Shown piece after piece: positions 1 to 14,300 of a DNA stretch of 64,000 nt. Source of the DNA: Acanthaster planci (lineage: Eukaryota); the NCBI RefSeq assembly GCF_001949145.1, contig NW_019091355.1, positions 1,821,107-1,885,106 of the forward strand, written 5' to 3'. The translations under genes and the position numbers were made by a program. The notes beneath the pieces are model-generated. The model had not been told where the DNA came from, did not search any database, and saw only the letters and a list, made by a program, of their open reading frames with translations. Position 1 is the stretch's first letter, and each line of letters begins with the position of its first letter.

Positions 1-1859
1 GGTTGAGTTTCAACGTCACTAACCTAAAATTCCCAGCGACCCAGTGAGCTTATGGAGTTAGTTTATATGTTTGTGCTGTAAAATTCAACAGTTCGTTTCA
101 GTACTTAAAAAAAAAATTCGATCATGGCATGCAAATGTTTAATCAGAAAACAAAAGAATATTCCAAGTGGAGGCAGATTTGAGCTCATGTAAATACAGGA
201 ATACAAACGGACAGAGGGGGGCCATGGCCCTGTGTGTTCCATTGGATTCCCCAATTTCAATGAACCTGGATCTGCCCAATTGATTCCAAGGTAAAGACGA
301 TTTTCATTTGAATAGAAAATAATTGATGAAAGTTGATTAGAGAAAACTTTGGTTTATATCCATGTAGTCGGCTCGTTCTATAAATTTGTGCTCCGATATG
401 TGACATCTTTTTGCCCCTGTTACCGGTACACTTGACCTGTGTTATTTGGCAAGGGATGTGTCACTGAAATTGAATTCTATGCTGATTTGTTTGGCAGCTA
501 ATCTGCATAACTTCATGACTCTAGGAACCAATGTCAATGTCTTCTAAACTTGCACAATCGTGCATCAGATGTGACAGCAACATGAAAAAACTGGATCCCG
601 AGCTCATGGAATGACCAAGAAGTGACTGGGTCCTTGTCTTCTGACTCTTAAGAACACAACGGTGCGTACCTGTGTGGTGGTGATTTTGGTGGTGACACAT
701 GCAACGTTGGATCATGACTCCACTGGTCTGTGTCCAAAAAAAAAAATTGCCAAACAAAAACTGAAACAATATATTTTGTACACATTACTTTAAATTTCAC
801 CTTGTCAACACTTCAGCACAATACCAGGAATATCCAATGATTGTGTATTTCAATAATTACAGGGCAATGCTTTTGTGAAGTTATAGCTGGGGCATGAAAG
901 GCCAGTTCCATCACTTACTGTACAGCGAACCGCAACTTTTTTGCAACTGGCATTATTAAGTTTGAGAGTTTGGGCAATGGAAATTTCCGAGTACATGTAC
1001 ACACAATTATACCAGAGTTACAGTTGTGAAATATGCCTAGAGTTACCACTGAGCAGAGTCTCTTTGTATAAAGTAAGGCCAATAAACTAGGACCAATACT
1101 CCCTCGCTATCCAAGATCACATCCAGTTTCATACAGCTGCTAGACTCAAAAATGTGCTGAGCACAACACCGAGTGGCTCAGCTGATGCAGGCTACCAGTC
1201 AACATGCCATGCAATTTAGTACTGCCTGTGACTGGTTACCGGATGCTTTTCGCATAGCACATAAATTGCTGAGATATATGTTGAAATTGAGACCAGATTT
1301 AAACTAGAAAGAACAATGAAAAGTAACACTACAAGTGGAAGCAAAATCTCAGAAAAATCACATTTATGCTGAATACAAGAGTGGGCTGTTCAAATCAAAA
1401 GGACTTACCAGAATAATTTAAAACCACCAAAAAAAACCATTTTATTGTCTGGTGTGCAAATTATTCTGTGCTAAATATAAGCGATTGTGCCCTGTGCATA
1501 TTTAAACCAACAGTTTTCAGGGAAGTTGTGAAACTTGCTGAGTCAAACTGTACTTTGTACTTAAGTTGGCTGAGCAACGGACATGGAAATGAACCTGTGT
1601 CCCTTGTGAATTTACAATGTACATAATCACCGCTAGTCGGTGCTTTAACATCCAACAGGTGACAAGGAATTACAAACAAAATCAAAACCACAAGCATGCC
1701 CACACCTGTCAGAACCAACTTAACGCTGCTCACAAAGAAGTGCCTTTTCTGGATATCAAGCACACTTCTGTAATTGACTTCATGCCTGAACAGGAAGAAC
1801 ACAAGGTATGATTGGATAACCTATGGGCCATCTGTCACCTAGACTGGTACCCTGGGGGA

Positions 1860-2009
1860 ATAGAGTACTGACGTGTGACGTTACTGTGAACCAGAAAGGC
1901 AATGCAAACGAATGGAGTACGCGCGCATGTTGGTTCACGCGCTGGTTCTCACGCTAATGCCTTTTACACACTAATTGTGTGCGTGACGTATTCACTTCGG
2001 TACTCCATA
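1860..2009. mobile_element. ~150-bp MITE, dispersed repeat (copy 1)
   Basis: Aligns by eye along its length with 57877-58029 (tgttggttcacg.gctggttct...gctaatgccttttacac). Inverted ends atagagtac / gtactccat. Confidence 0.7.
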
Positions 2010-2335
2010 GGCAACAACCTAAAAACTTCTGACATTTATCTTGCCATGATGGTTTACCGGTACCTTCCTTGCCATCGGTGTTGCCTACATGTGCTCCATT
2101 AAGGCACAGGTGAAACAGAGAGTGTACTTTTACACAGGCAATAGTAGATATGGTGTCAAGGGTCAATGACATGCTTGCCAATTTCTGACCTCATGACAGC
2201 TGGGCAGTAGTTGAGTCTAAATTACTCGCTATGCCTATGGCAAATGGAAGCAGTTTTTCCAGCCAGTGGCTTCCACTGGGACTACGTATTATCTCCTGCC
2301 ACAGCTGCAACTTTCAGACACCAGCTACCTCTCAC

Positions 2336-5300
2336 CTGCTCTCCTGCCTGGATATGAGTGGACAACAGGGGGCGCTTCCTCTTCAAACACACTGTCATCT
2401 ACTCAAGCATTTTCATTGCATGGTTGTTGAGTTTGGGGAACCAGTGTGTGGGTGTGTGGGTGCAAGGACAGACACAAGTGTCGAGCGGTGCAGGAGGAAC
2501 CAAGCAGGCAGAAAACACAGGCCAAGAGAAACCCAAATCATACAAATGCAAAAAAGGAAAGAATGCATGGATAAAATCAATCGCAGAATACACTGACAGT
2601 AAAACACAATCAAATCAACATTCTCCACAGTAAGAAAGTTTTAGCCCAATGTCAGGGAAACTTGCAAAGTACAACTTGATCCACTGGCCCAATTTGTAGT
2701 ACTTCTGTTGAATGCCAATACTGAAATCTTTCCATCTGTCTTGGTATTCAACAAAGAACATCAAAATGGTGACCAAGTCACAACTTCACATGCCATTTCC
2801 TGTTTGTTAGTAAATAAATGAATGACTAAAATCACAATACTGAACAAAAGTGACAGAAACAACGGTGTGAACAAAAACTGTCTGGGTTGACATGGTTGAG
2901 CCACATTTAAGCACTGGAGCACCCCCAATCAACTACAGAGCGTGAAATACTTTGCTGAAACTGGAGAATTCAGAACTGTCAGTTTAAGACCAATTCAAAA
3001 TTTAATGAGGCAGAAATGGTCTGTCATATGAGGAACCCAAAACATGCAAGGGATTCATTCACCGACACAAGCATTTTCAAGACTTTTCCGTAGTGTTCTG
3101 TGAACCTACAGCACTGATATTTCGCCAGTTTTAAGTTTTAAGGATATGATGGCCGAGATGTGACATGATACAAGATAACTGCGGAGGTGTTATAGTGGTG
3201 CAAGGAAAAAGGGCTTCACACAGTAATTCACAAAGACAAACATTTTTGCCCAAGCCACTTTTGCAACAACAAATCAGGCCAAGGCCACTTTGACCAATAG
3301 AAATGCAAGCCAAGGCCAGTATCTAGCAGCCACTACATCAGGCAACTGAATAGGTTAAGACCGCATGGCTACTATAGGAATCAGGTCACTAAATATGTAT
3401 ATACACTGTACATCTATATAAATTTATAGCCTTGGGCCACTTAATATCAGGCCAATACATAAATCTAGTCAAGGCCACTAAGCATTAGGCCATCTGATAA
3501 ATATGGTATCTGTGGCCATGGCCACTTAATATCAGGCCAATAGATATATCCGGTCGAGGCCACTAAGCATTAGGCCATTTGATAAATATGGCATCTATGG
3601 CATCTGTGGCCATGGCCACTTAATATCGTGGCCAATAGATATATCTGGTCAAGGCCACTAAGAATCAGGCTCCTAGATGAATACCATGGCCAATGAATAT
3701 CCGGCCAATAGATAAACCTGGTCAAGGCCACTATATAGCAGGCCACCAAATAACACATGTACCACACACTACTAACGCGAGATATGAAACCAAATTCACA
3801 ATCAGGCCACCACAAAAGGTTCCTGAGGTGCTATTTACCATTGTCCTTCACATCCACAGCATCCGGGAAACTGTAGCTGGGTTCATACGAGTTAGCTTCT
3901 GCATAGGCAGAGAGATAGTGTTAATAGTAGGGTTATAGCAAGGGATTAGAAAATGAAGTTAGCATTTTGAGGTATTAATGTGGAACCTAAACCCAATACA
4001 TGTACTGTACCTAGTACTTGTACTGGGACACGTTAGTTTTGTAAAAGGATTGAGTGTTTTAAGCTGAAGTAATGGGACAAAGGAAACATAAAAGTTAGGA
4101 ATTCACATCAACATTGTGAAGTGCTAGTGTGTACTTAAGACTACCTCCTTTATAATTAAGGGTTATTTGTTAGAACTTAGAAAGGATTTGGTGCTTTAGT
4201 TGATTATAGTAAGTGGATAAAGGGAATTGTTGGGACTTGTTTGGACTGACCCGAGAGTGTTGTAATAAAGTGACAAGTACTAGTACATGTACCTTGAACA
4301 TTTGTAAGGATTTGTCTTTTACATAGTAAGTTCTTTCTTTTCAAGAGATGCTACATTTATCAACTTGAACTTTTTCTAGCATCCATGAAATAGCATGACC
4401 CAAAACTGGAGCGTCTGAACATTGTTTGAAACTGTCAGAAAGATGAACATTAACATGTACAGTATATATAACAGTTATAATGCATACGTCATGTTACTTC
4501 CAAACCATGCATCTGGTAATGGAGGATTTGAACGCTCAGGTGGAGAATTATCACAACACCATTTTGAGGAGCTCTATTTGCAATACGGTATGGTAAGGTA
4601 TGTGAGGTTCAAAACTGTTATCAACAACAGCCTGCACCACACTAAAACTGGTAACCATCACAAGGAATTAATATATTGGTATGCCACATCAAGTGCACAT
4701 CATTACGCATTGGCAACCTTTAGCCAATCACCACAATTGAGATATAGATGGACACCAAAGGGTACGGGTATCAGTGTGAAACGTATTCATGAAAAGCAAA
4801 GTTGGTAACCTTGAATTAAGGCATCCATGTACGTTTGGTCAATTTCATCTGGGGGAAAGAAAAGTACATAGGGGGAGAAATGGCAGGTTAGTAAAGAGTT
4901 AAAAATGTGCAGTGCATGACATGAAGTTAATCAAATTAACACATGCATGGTAATGTACAGAAGAAAATGGCAGTCATTCGATACGTGAAACTATCGGTCC
5001 ACTGTGCAAACAAGTCAGTTAAATTCAAGCAGGGGACAAATGCTTTTCAATCAATACTGAATTTGTACTCAGTGAGGTCAAGCTTGTTCTAAAGTGCGAC
5101 TGTTTCAGTCCTTTCCTTTAATTTTCAACGAGCAAATGTTAGTTCATGTGAAGTTAAACTGCATTTTTATTTCAGCAAGCACTTGGGAGGCCGGACTATT
5201 AAGTTTGAATCTGGATTCAGTTAGCCAATATTCATATGGTTCATTTGAAGGAAGCTGTCGGCCAATAGATGGCAGCAGACATGCCCAGCCTACAGGCAAT

Positions 5301-8300
5301 ATGGAATATAGATATATTTGGTAATCATAAATGTACAGTGTGCTTTCAAAAGCCTTTTATAATGCACATCATCTGAACTAACAACAGGGCAAACCAAACA
5401 CCGCAGGTTATTTTCCATACCAAGGTCCAAACAGTGTGCAGAGTTGATTTCCTCAAGGGGCCTTCAAATATTCAGAAAAATTTGAATGAAAACCAGATTT
5501 TCTTATCCATCAACAGAGTGGTCAAGTGAAAATTAGGCCATGTGTCAAACTGTCAGTAGCCTCATTTTCCCAAGGAAGACTTTTTGGAAAGAAAAAAGTT
5601 TGTAAAGCAAGTACTTGTTTTGAAAGATGTTATCAGAGAAATATGTAAACTTTTGGTTACTGCAATATTAAACACAGCAAAGGAAAGTTTGGAAGACTGC
5701 ACATGTCCCGATCCCATTTTGACAAAACACAAGCAAGGCTTCAGGTGAAAACAAGCTCTCTATCAAACCTGACCCCGCATCAACCGAATCGATCTCACAT
5801 GCGGCTGAAACAGTTTATTACACAAAATGAGGGTAGGTTTTCGAAAGGGGGTGGCACAGCCTATGCTCCATCGACCTTTGACCCGCAACCTTTGACCCGC
5901 AACCTTACCCTCTGGCCTGTCCTGCTTGTGGATGGTCTTGAACATCTCCTTGTACCAGTCATGCCTGTTTTCTTCTTTCACATGCTGCAAAAGTGCAGGT
6001 AATGAAGACATGATCTACAGTTGATTTATCGGTTATACATGTACGTAGTTCCAAAAGTCACAAGCAATGGATGAAACCTCTGTTCTTCAGGAAGTGTCGG
6101 ATTGTTCTCCAAACTGTGATAGGATTTGGAATTCTTTTTAAGGGGCAATCATCCTTGCTGGGTAATTTTAACCAGAATGTTGGAATTACCCGAGAAAATT
6201 GAATAAAGGGTGAAAAATGACGCTTTAAGATTAAATTTGACGACTGTCTCAAAGACGTCTTGGACAGCGCTACATTTCTGATGTCATGGGGCAGGTTTTT
6301 CATTAATATTATCGTTGTCATCTATAATAGTTTATTTCAGGCTAATCGGTGTATATAAAAAGTCCATGTGCATTACAGCCAGATGCAAAGGCAAAGAGTT
6401 AGTAAGGTCAAAGCTAGCTAACTCTAAGGATTCCTTCCTGCCAACCCTACCGCTCTCAAGCCAATGGGCAGTCCTGTCTCATCCTTGGGGCCGATGCCTT
6501 GGTATCGTGGTGCCTCCTTGTGCACTGTCTTCTTGGTCACTTCCCGGGTCTTGACCGGGTAGTAGGTGTCGGTGTGGATGACATCACCCTCTACTGTCTG
6601 TTTCTGGAAAACGGCCCCCTCTGGAAGATCACTGGGATCTGTGAAGACAGGAGCAGTGTGTAAATGAAAAATTATTCCCATTCTGTAATGTGTACAAATC
6701 AAAATGCTAAAAATGGTACAAATGTTTGTCTAGGTCATTTTCATATATCCTGGAAAAGTCAAATTTTTCAGTTTACTGGTACAAATGTCTTCATGGCATT
6801 CATGAGTAACAGTGGAAAGTCATGAATTCAAGAATTTACTCAAATGGCAAAACGTTGAAAGACGGAATGCCCAAATACAGGGACAACTCTTGAATATTGA
6901 GAATGGCACTGACCGAGCTTGCATGAAGGCAAATCAACCAAATATTTTTGTGAGGTCCAAGGAAGCCCTTTGAACACCAGAAGAATGCAAATTAAGAATG
7001 TGAGTGTCTGTAGATCAAACAGCTGCATGGTAATCAAAACCATTCAGCTAACTTCGACCAGCCCTGATGAGCCATGGGCCTGACTGCCAAATTAAAATGT
7101 ACCCAGTAAACAGGTACTAACTTGAAAATTGGTTATACAGGTGTATGGTCTCTGTGGTCAAAAACAACCCAGAAGCCATGCTGCTGCCACAAAGGTTGAT
7201 GACACAAAAAGTGAATCAGATGCAACTTCACTCCTGTGCCACAGTTCTTGGTAATCTATGTACAATTTTGCCTTCATTCGAACTCCGACGGAGGAAAGTT
7301 TAAGATGTCTACAAATTTTTATAAAACCTGGCCTCTGCAATACCCATGCTGTAATGTAAAATGATGAGTGAAAACAAAGGGCAGATAAAACTTCGCTGAT
7401 GCCCCCCTAAAATCAGAGATATGCACTCTACTGCACCAATTCACAGACAGGCTGTAACACAGAATGGAGGTGGTTGTGGGAAGATGGGATATAACAAGCC
7501 ATGGTCGTTGGATTCCAAGGTGATGGTAGAAAGGAGTGGTGTGCTACAACACATGTATGGGATAATTGAGGTGTAATATTAGCAACCAGTTGTGTCCCTG
7601 AATTAAAAAAACAACTGGAGTTCAGCAATTTACTGATAAAGGGGAGATTTTTTTCAGTCCGTAGTAGGATGAGGCATTCGGCACAGCAAACTGCTTTTGT
7701 TTTTTAAAGATACCAGCCACCTTGCATGTACAGTGTATGTAAATACTGGTAAAAAGCATACATGTAGAAATGTACACATTGTCTTGATTATTTCTGACAC
7801 ATGTACACATGCATATTTACAGTCATTTACAAAAGTTTAGGACCACCCATACAAACTGCATTAACCTGGAGAAAAATCAAACTTAAACTCATCAATCATG
7901 GCACCTTATGTTTATTTTCAATGTGTGACCTTAGCATCCAGGTTAAACGGCTGCAAATATTTTACTACATTTCCATGATTTGAAATGTTAACAGTCTAAT
8001 ATTCCCTCTCTCATTTCTGATGACTTAGACTGGCTACTTTTTTATCCACGCTGCCTTAGACAAAATGTCACACAAGACATGCCTTTGCAAAAAGTTTCAT
8101 TCAAATGGGTATAGCACTACACTGATGTTACGCACCACTTTAAAAACATGTTAAGTAATCATTCAGAGAGACAATGTACATGTAATGCAGGCCCATTGAC
8201 AGAAATACCAATAAAAAATCCGGGTGGTCTTACACTTTTGCAAGTGACTATACATGTACGTTCCAAGCCAGCTCAGCCAAAACTTCAAAGTTCAAATATT

Positions 8301-11300
8301 TCCATCTGGACAATTTGCTGAAATGTTTCTACAAGTTAAGACTTCTGACTGATGGAATCGTTCGGTATCAACCCAAAGGGAAAGAAAGAGCGGTTGGTCT
8401 CAAATGTTTAGTCCTTCAAAATCCTACAAATCTTCCTACTGGATTTTGATAGATCTAGAAGCTTAAGAATTACTTGCTAAGAGCAACTGGTACAAATTTC
8501 CAAATCATTTATTCACTCCCAGTTCACTGAAAAGGATTGCATGAGGCGGTATCACACATAAGATATCCTCACACAAAAATTGCACCGTGCCAGAGTTCTG
8601 CAATAACTTACAGCACCTGCCAATGTATGATGAAATATGTTACATTAAAAGTGTCAGCACAACAGCCAAAATAGGTAAATTACATTAACATTTAACATTA
8701 AAACCTGGTGGCGGAGGTCCGATAAACATGTACATGTACATATGAAATAGCAGATGCAAAGTCAAGAACATGGTGATGAATAAGATGGACTGATCACTTA
8801 ATGGCACGGCGGACAGGTGCTATACCGCTACTGAAACAATGGGTGCCACAACTCGACAAGATGCTGCCTTTGAGAGGACAACGCAGTGAACTCTGAACAT
8901 AAATGTGAACCACAATCTTCCGCACTGTACGTGTGAAAAAGCAATTTGAGTAATTAACATTCTCAGCGCCCATGAAAAATGGCAAGATAGTGGAAACACT
9001 GCGGTGAAAGTGGTGAATATTGGATGCTAAGCCATATGATTCTGTCACCTAACAGCATTAAATGCTTAAGATGTGAGGTGCCAACATTGGCAGCTTACAA
9101 ATGAAGCAAACAAATCACATTTTACCCAAGTAAAGTTGATTATCTTTGAGTCCAGCAAAAGCTGTTCTTAACAAATGAAATTTTTCAGAAATAATTCGAT
9201 ATTTACCGAAGATGTAGAGACATAAAGGTCTCCTTCTGGAACCCTTCTCTCTTCCTAACTGGTAGATTTTTTTTACAATGTCATAAAAATGTTTTCCCAA
9301 ACTTCTGCTATGAACAATGTAAAGGCTAACTGAAAACTGTACAAAATTGAAACAAACTGGATTTGGGTTTTATAAATGACCGTTTAAGGTTGAGCTTTTT
9401 GACATTTTTTCAAAGACAGACATTACTACCACTAACCATTCCGGAACATTCAGGTGAATATACACATGTCTCCCCTTAAAACTTTGTTGTCTCAAAGAAA
9501 AAACTCCCACAAAATGATACATATGAATGTCAGTGTCAAATAAAAAGTAGCAAGCCTATATCACATACGACATTAAAATGTAGGCAAAATTACAATGCCA
9601 ACTGCATGTAGCAACTTAAAATGAAGGAACTGATAAAGAAACCCATGCATTTCACGGTGCACAGAAAGGATGGATGCGTTGTAGCCAACATGCAAACTTA
9701 AGAATGCAAAGCAATGCTTAGAGAAAACAAAAATTGGCAAGGGGTGCGAATGAAAAAAAAAAGCTGGAATGTCAACAAATGTGTTAGTTTGTGATTTCAG
9801 CTCACCAGTGGTGACTGACACATTTGTGCCAGCATGCAACGGTTTGGCTGAGTGAGTGGCTGGCTCTTTGGCTACTCTAGAGGGCACTTTGGCCACTAAA
9901 GACGGCGGCATAAGCGAACTATCAGGTGGAAGGTATTCAGCATGGCTCCGGTGGTCCTTTTCCCTTTCTAAGAGCAGCCATGATTGGTGGATAAAATGAG
10001 TTAAAAAGAAGCAACTCTGAATGACCGGCCAATGACAGAGCAGCAATCTACGAGAGACTGACGAAAAACTCTAGCTAAACTTTAATCTTGATGCGGACAA
10101 TTTGTTAGGTTTCAAATATGAAAATCATTTCAGTAACTTTAAGAACTGGAATAATAAACATTTTGCATCCTCAGTCAGACTGTGATGGCCCTACTGTGAG
10201 GGCAAAGAAACTTGATGGTATTTATATTAGTAAAATGGACAGGAAAATATCCCATTGATCCCTCCCCTGACCACGGAAGTTTATGACCTCTTTGAAAAAC
10301 ACATGCTTATGTTCACCTTGTGAACATTTTCTATTAGGAATTCCCGCTAATGAATTTTGAGCCAGAAGCAAGCTAACGACATGCATAAGGTTAAAAGAAG
10401 TTAAGGATGACCACAGATGTTTTGGTTCATCTACATGTACATACTAGTGCTCATACATGTACAAGCCAAATGGTGCACACAACATAGTTTAAATGGTATA
10501 CAAACAAGTGTGTGCATTCCAAAGTTACATGTAGTTTATTCCATTCAATTGTTTTTAATAAAAACAAAGAATACCATGAGTACTTCAGCTTCTGTCTGAG
10601 AGGAATACAATGTCTATCTTCCATATTTGATATTTCTTTTCTACATTTTTATCTGAAAAGCATACCAAAATATGACATGGGCAAGGACCTTTCAGTCAGA
10701 ACTAAATGGGAATTCTATGCATCATAATCCAGCTTTTTTTACTGGCAAATCAAATATTCTTCTCTTTCTGTATTTGTCTTACAGTATATGCAAAAATATT
10801 TCTCATGATGTTTTCTTTAATCTTGACCACGATGCTCAGCAAGAGAAATAAAAGGCCTCTTTAAATCCACATCTGTCCATTCATTTTCAGATTGACTCAA
10901 ACCATATGTGACAGGGTCATTATCTAGTGCTGAAGGCCAACACCACAAGTTATGGGTAGAACAGATCAAAGTCCAATTTCCCCCTGCTTCATGGCCAACA
11001 ACAGTTGATTGATGGAAGAACCAAAGGGTCACGATTCCAGCTTCAACGACAGCTCTTTAATAGTCACAATAGGTTCTGCTTCAAGTCTCTCTGCCCATTT
11101 TCGCTTGGACCCTCGGGATCAGTTTCATGGAAGTGTGTGTATGGATGTCGGGTTGCCGCTTACATCATTAGCTCAGGGCACATCTGCAACCACTGAAATC
11201 GAGCCTTGCAATATGAACGTAATCATATCAGCTAGTAACATGGGATACCAGTTACCTGGTATCCCATGTCTGCCGCAAATGAAACAGAGATGACCCCATT

Positions 11301-14300
11301 TACAGCTCTGTTAACCACAGAATTTCATCCTCGTAGTATCACCATTCCATGTTGAGGACACTAACTAACATTCCTGTCAACCTTGTACAAGATTTAACCT
11401 TTGGGAATGTTTTATCTCAATGCAAACATTTGGGGAATATAACATTTTTTGCCAGTCAAGCTCGAACAATTCGGCTCAATGTTTGGTTGTCTACAATTCA
11501 GCAGTTCTTGACTACAAGAAGTCCCTTTCAACACTCACAAAAAGAGAGATGTGGCAAATATTCACATGACAAAAGACACCAAAACCATTCTTGAATGCTT
11601 CAATGCTGGAGGCAAATTATGTACGTTTGTATGCTGTTTCACACAAGCGTCTGCAAGAAAGTGCGTCGCTCAGGCAAGAAACCATATCTCCTGATGAACA
11701 TTTCAACACATCCACACAACATGTTAACTACCAGATGCTGTCAAGTTGCTTTACACATGTATGTCGCAGATTATCAAGCAAAATGCTCAGCAACGTCGTA
11801 ACGTTCATCATTGGCTGAATGTTGCTATTAATAACACGTTAACTTGCTAAACTTTTTTTACTTTGCAGCTTGAATCAGACCGAGGACAACACAGCTCAAA
11901 TTCAGGCAAACTTTGCAACCCAAAGCATCTCCTGGGCTCTCTGCCAATTCTTAACAATACGTTGCCCATTTCAGAAAGCATTCTGTGTTCAACAAGCAGC
12001 AAGCTGATCTCATGAAAAATTCACTTTGCCACACAAAATGCCATTGCTTTTACGTTAACAAAACACTGCGCAAAAAAAAGCCAAGCTAAACAGTCAGGAA
12101 AGTAATTAACTCACCTCTCTGATTTCTGAGTAGCGTCACCGTTGGACTGACAGAGCGAGGTAAACTACTGCTGTACTCTTCTGGAACTTGTCGAAACTCA
12201 GGTTTGTAAGTTTCCTGGGGACTACGGGGCTGTTCCTTACGATGGGTCTCACCAGGCCAGTCCGGCTGTTGCTGATGTGGTTGATAGCCTGGATTGTACC
12301 TCTCCTGGTCGTAGTCCCTGGGCCGGTAAGGGCTGGTCGGGCCCTCACTGGCTGGCTGTTGGTCGGTCTGACGGTGAGGGCTATGGAGGTCACCGTTCGG
12401 GACCGGTGCGGTCGGCTGACTTGAGGATGGAGGAGGTGGTTGCCAGGTTGGCTGCAGGTTGGATGAGGTCAAAGGTGGCTCCTAACAGGAACAAAGGATC
12501 CCTTTGAAAATTTTAGGTTGAGACCTGCAACCAACTTGAAATTTGACCTGCGACTACCTTTGGGGGTGACTAGATATATAGATAACAGCTTGCTTAAAAC
12601 TCGGTGCTCAGTTAAACATGTACATGTATACTGATTCGTGATATCACGGCAAATATTCAAAATGAAAATTGAGCACCTTTCCATGCGTTCACATTCACTT
12701 GCGTGCCAAATATGAAGCGGCCTTCAGACACACCAACTTACAGGGACTTTGTCTGGCTGGGATGCACTGGGCGGTTTCCATGGCTTAGGCTTGGGGTTCA
12801 GGTCAAGTTTGACCGGCCTGAAACCCTTGACTGGCGCGGGTCCTGCTGGACTCCAGGCAGAGGGGCCCTTGCTCTCTGTGGGCCGGTAAGATGAAGGGCT
12901 GGTCTGCTGAGGTGACCACGCAGCTGAGATAAAAATAAAAGTAAAGTGTTCCACAGACTTCAGAGAAATGGGAGAACGTCAACTTGTGAATTTCGTAACA
13001 CATTCCATCAGTGTTAATACTGTACTGCAAGCCCCTCTCGTGAGACTTGGCATTTGTGAAAGGGTGAACAACGATGAAGGAATGCTTCTGTCAAAGTTCA
13101 CTGGAAAAGCTTGTCACTTGGCTTGAGACTGGGAGACTTGTGCTGGACTGACTACAAACCTGGACACTCAAGTGCAACATTCTACATTACCGAAGCTTAG
13201 ACTGGTTCTTCTACCACAGCTAAACTACTATCATCAACGAAGAACATTTCTTCCTCTAAGCCTGTACCTGGTTTTGGGGGCGACGTTCCCGGTCCTGGGT
13301 TGGCATCAATGTGCAGTGGCTGGCTGACTAGGGGCGAGGCCACAGGGGGTGGAGGGGCAGGCCACGACTCGCCCGAGGCATCATAGACGTAGTCCGGGTT
13401 GTAACTACTGGGGGCAGACTGGGTACCGGGCGACATGGACGGCTGGAAGGGCCTGTAGCTCTGCTTGGGGGAGGTAGGAGAGGTTGGGTACTGGTTGTTG
13501 TTGGTGGCCAACATGCGAGGAGGGGGAGGCTCTTCCGGAGAATCTGAGAATTCATGAAAATATGAACTTATTCATCAAACTGAAAAGATTTTTTTTTCAA
13601 GAATATGAAAACTAGATTCAAAATGTTAGTGGCTGAGCTTACAAAATACATGTAAGTTTTCAATTCTTTTTGCCGCTAAGAACAGAAAGTATATTCTAAG
13701 CTCTTCATTTTTTATCATTTGATTTGGTACGGTATAAAGACCTCCAAAATCAAGACATCATGTAGGCAAAAATGGTATCAAGTTCACTGAACTTCCATAG
13801 TGCAAAATTTGTCCCTGACTTGAAAAAAGCTGGTGTGTGACTCACACCTTTCATGCAGGCTGGGTCAAGGACACCATGCACTTTTGCATTTATTTCAGAA
13901 ATTTTAATGTGTAACTTAGGTGTAACTGATGTACTTCAAAGTTAAACTTTCAACACCCAGTTTTCATGTATGCCCATAAACCTTGAAGTGTATACAAAGC
14001 TTTTCAGCAGAGTTTTTCTGTTCATTCCGTCTCACTCGCCAGGTTCAAATCCCAGCAATATACATATATTTCACCGGAAATGATCTGGGTTTAATTCTTA
14101 TCCTTTTTTTTCCTTCCACCTTATCAGAGGGCATTCCCTTTTCTTATGGCATTATGGGAGAAAAATATCAGCCATTAGCGAAATTGGCTGTGCACTTTCC
14201 TGGCACATTGCCACATGTACATATCCCAACAACAGCTGAGCCCCAGACTGCCAGGTTTCACTGCATGCGCTCAGTGCAAATATGGGACTGACACAAATAT

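Noticed and set aside
1706..1785. Candidate next exon after 2336
   Set aside because: Good acceptor, but its phase and donor are ambiguous without the downstream exons.
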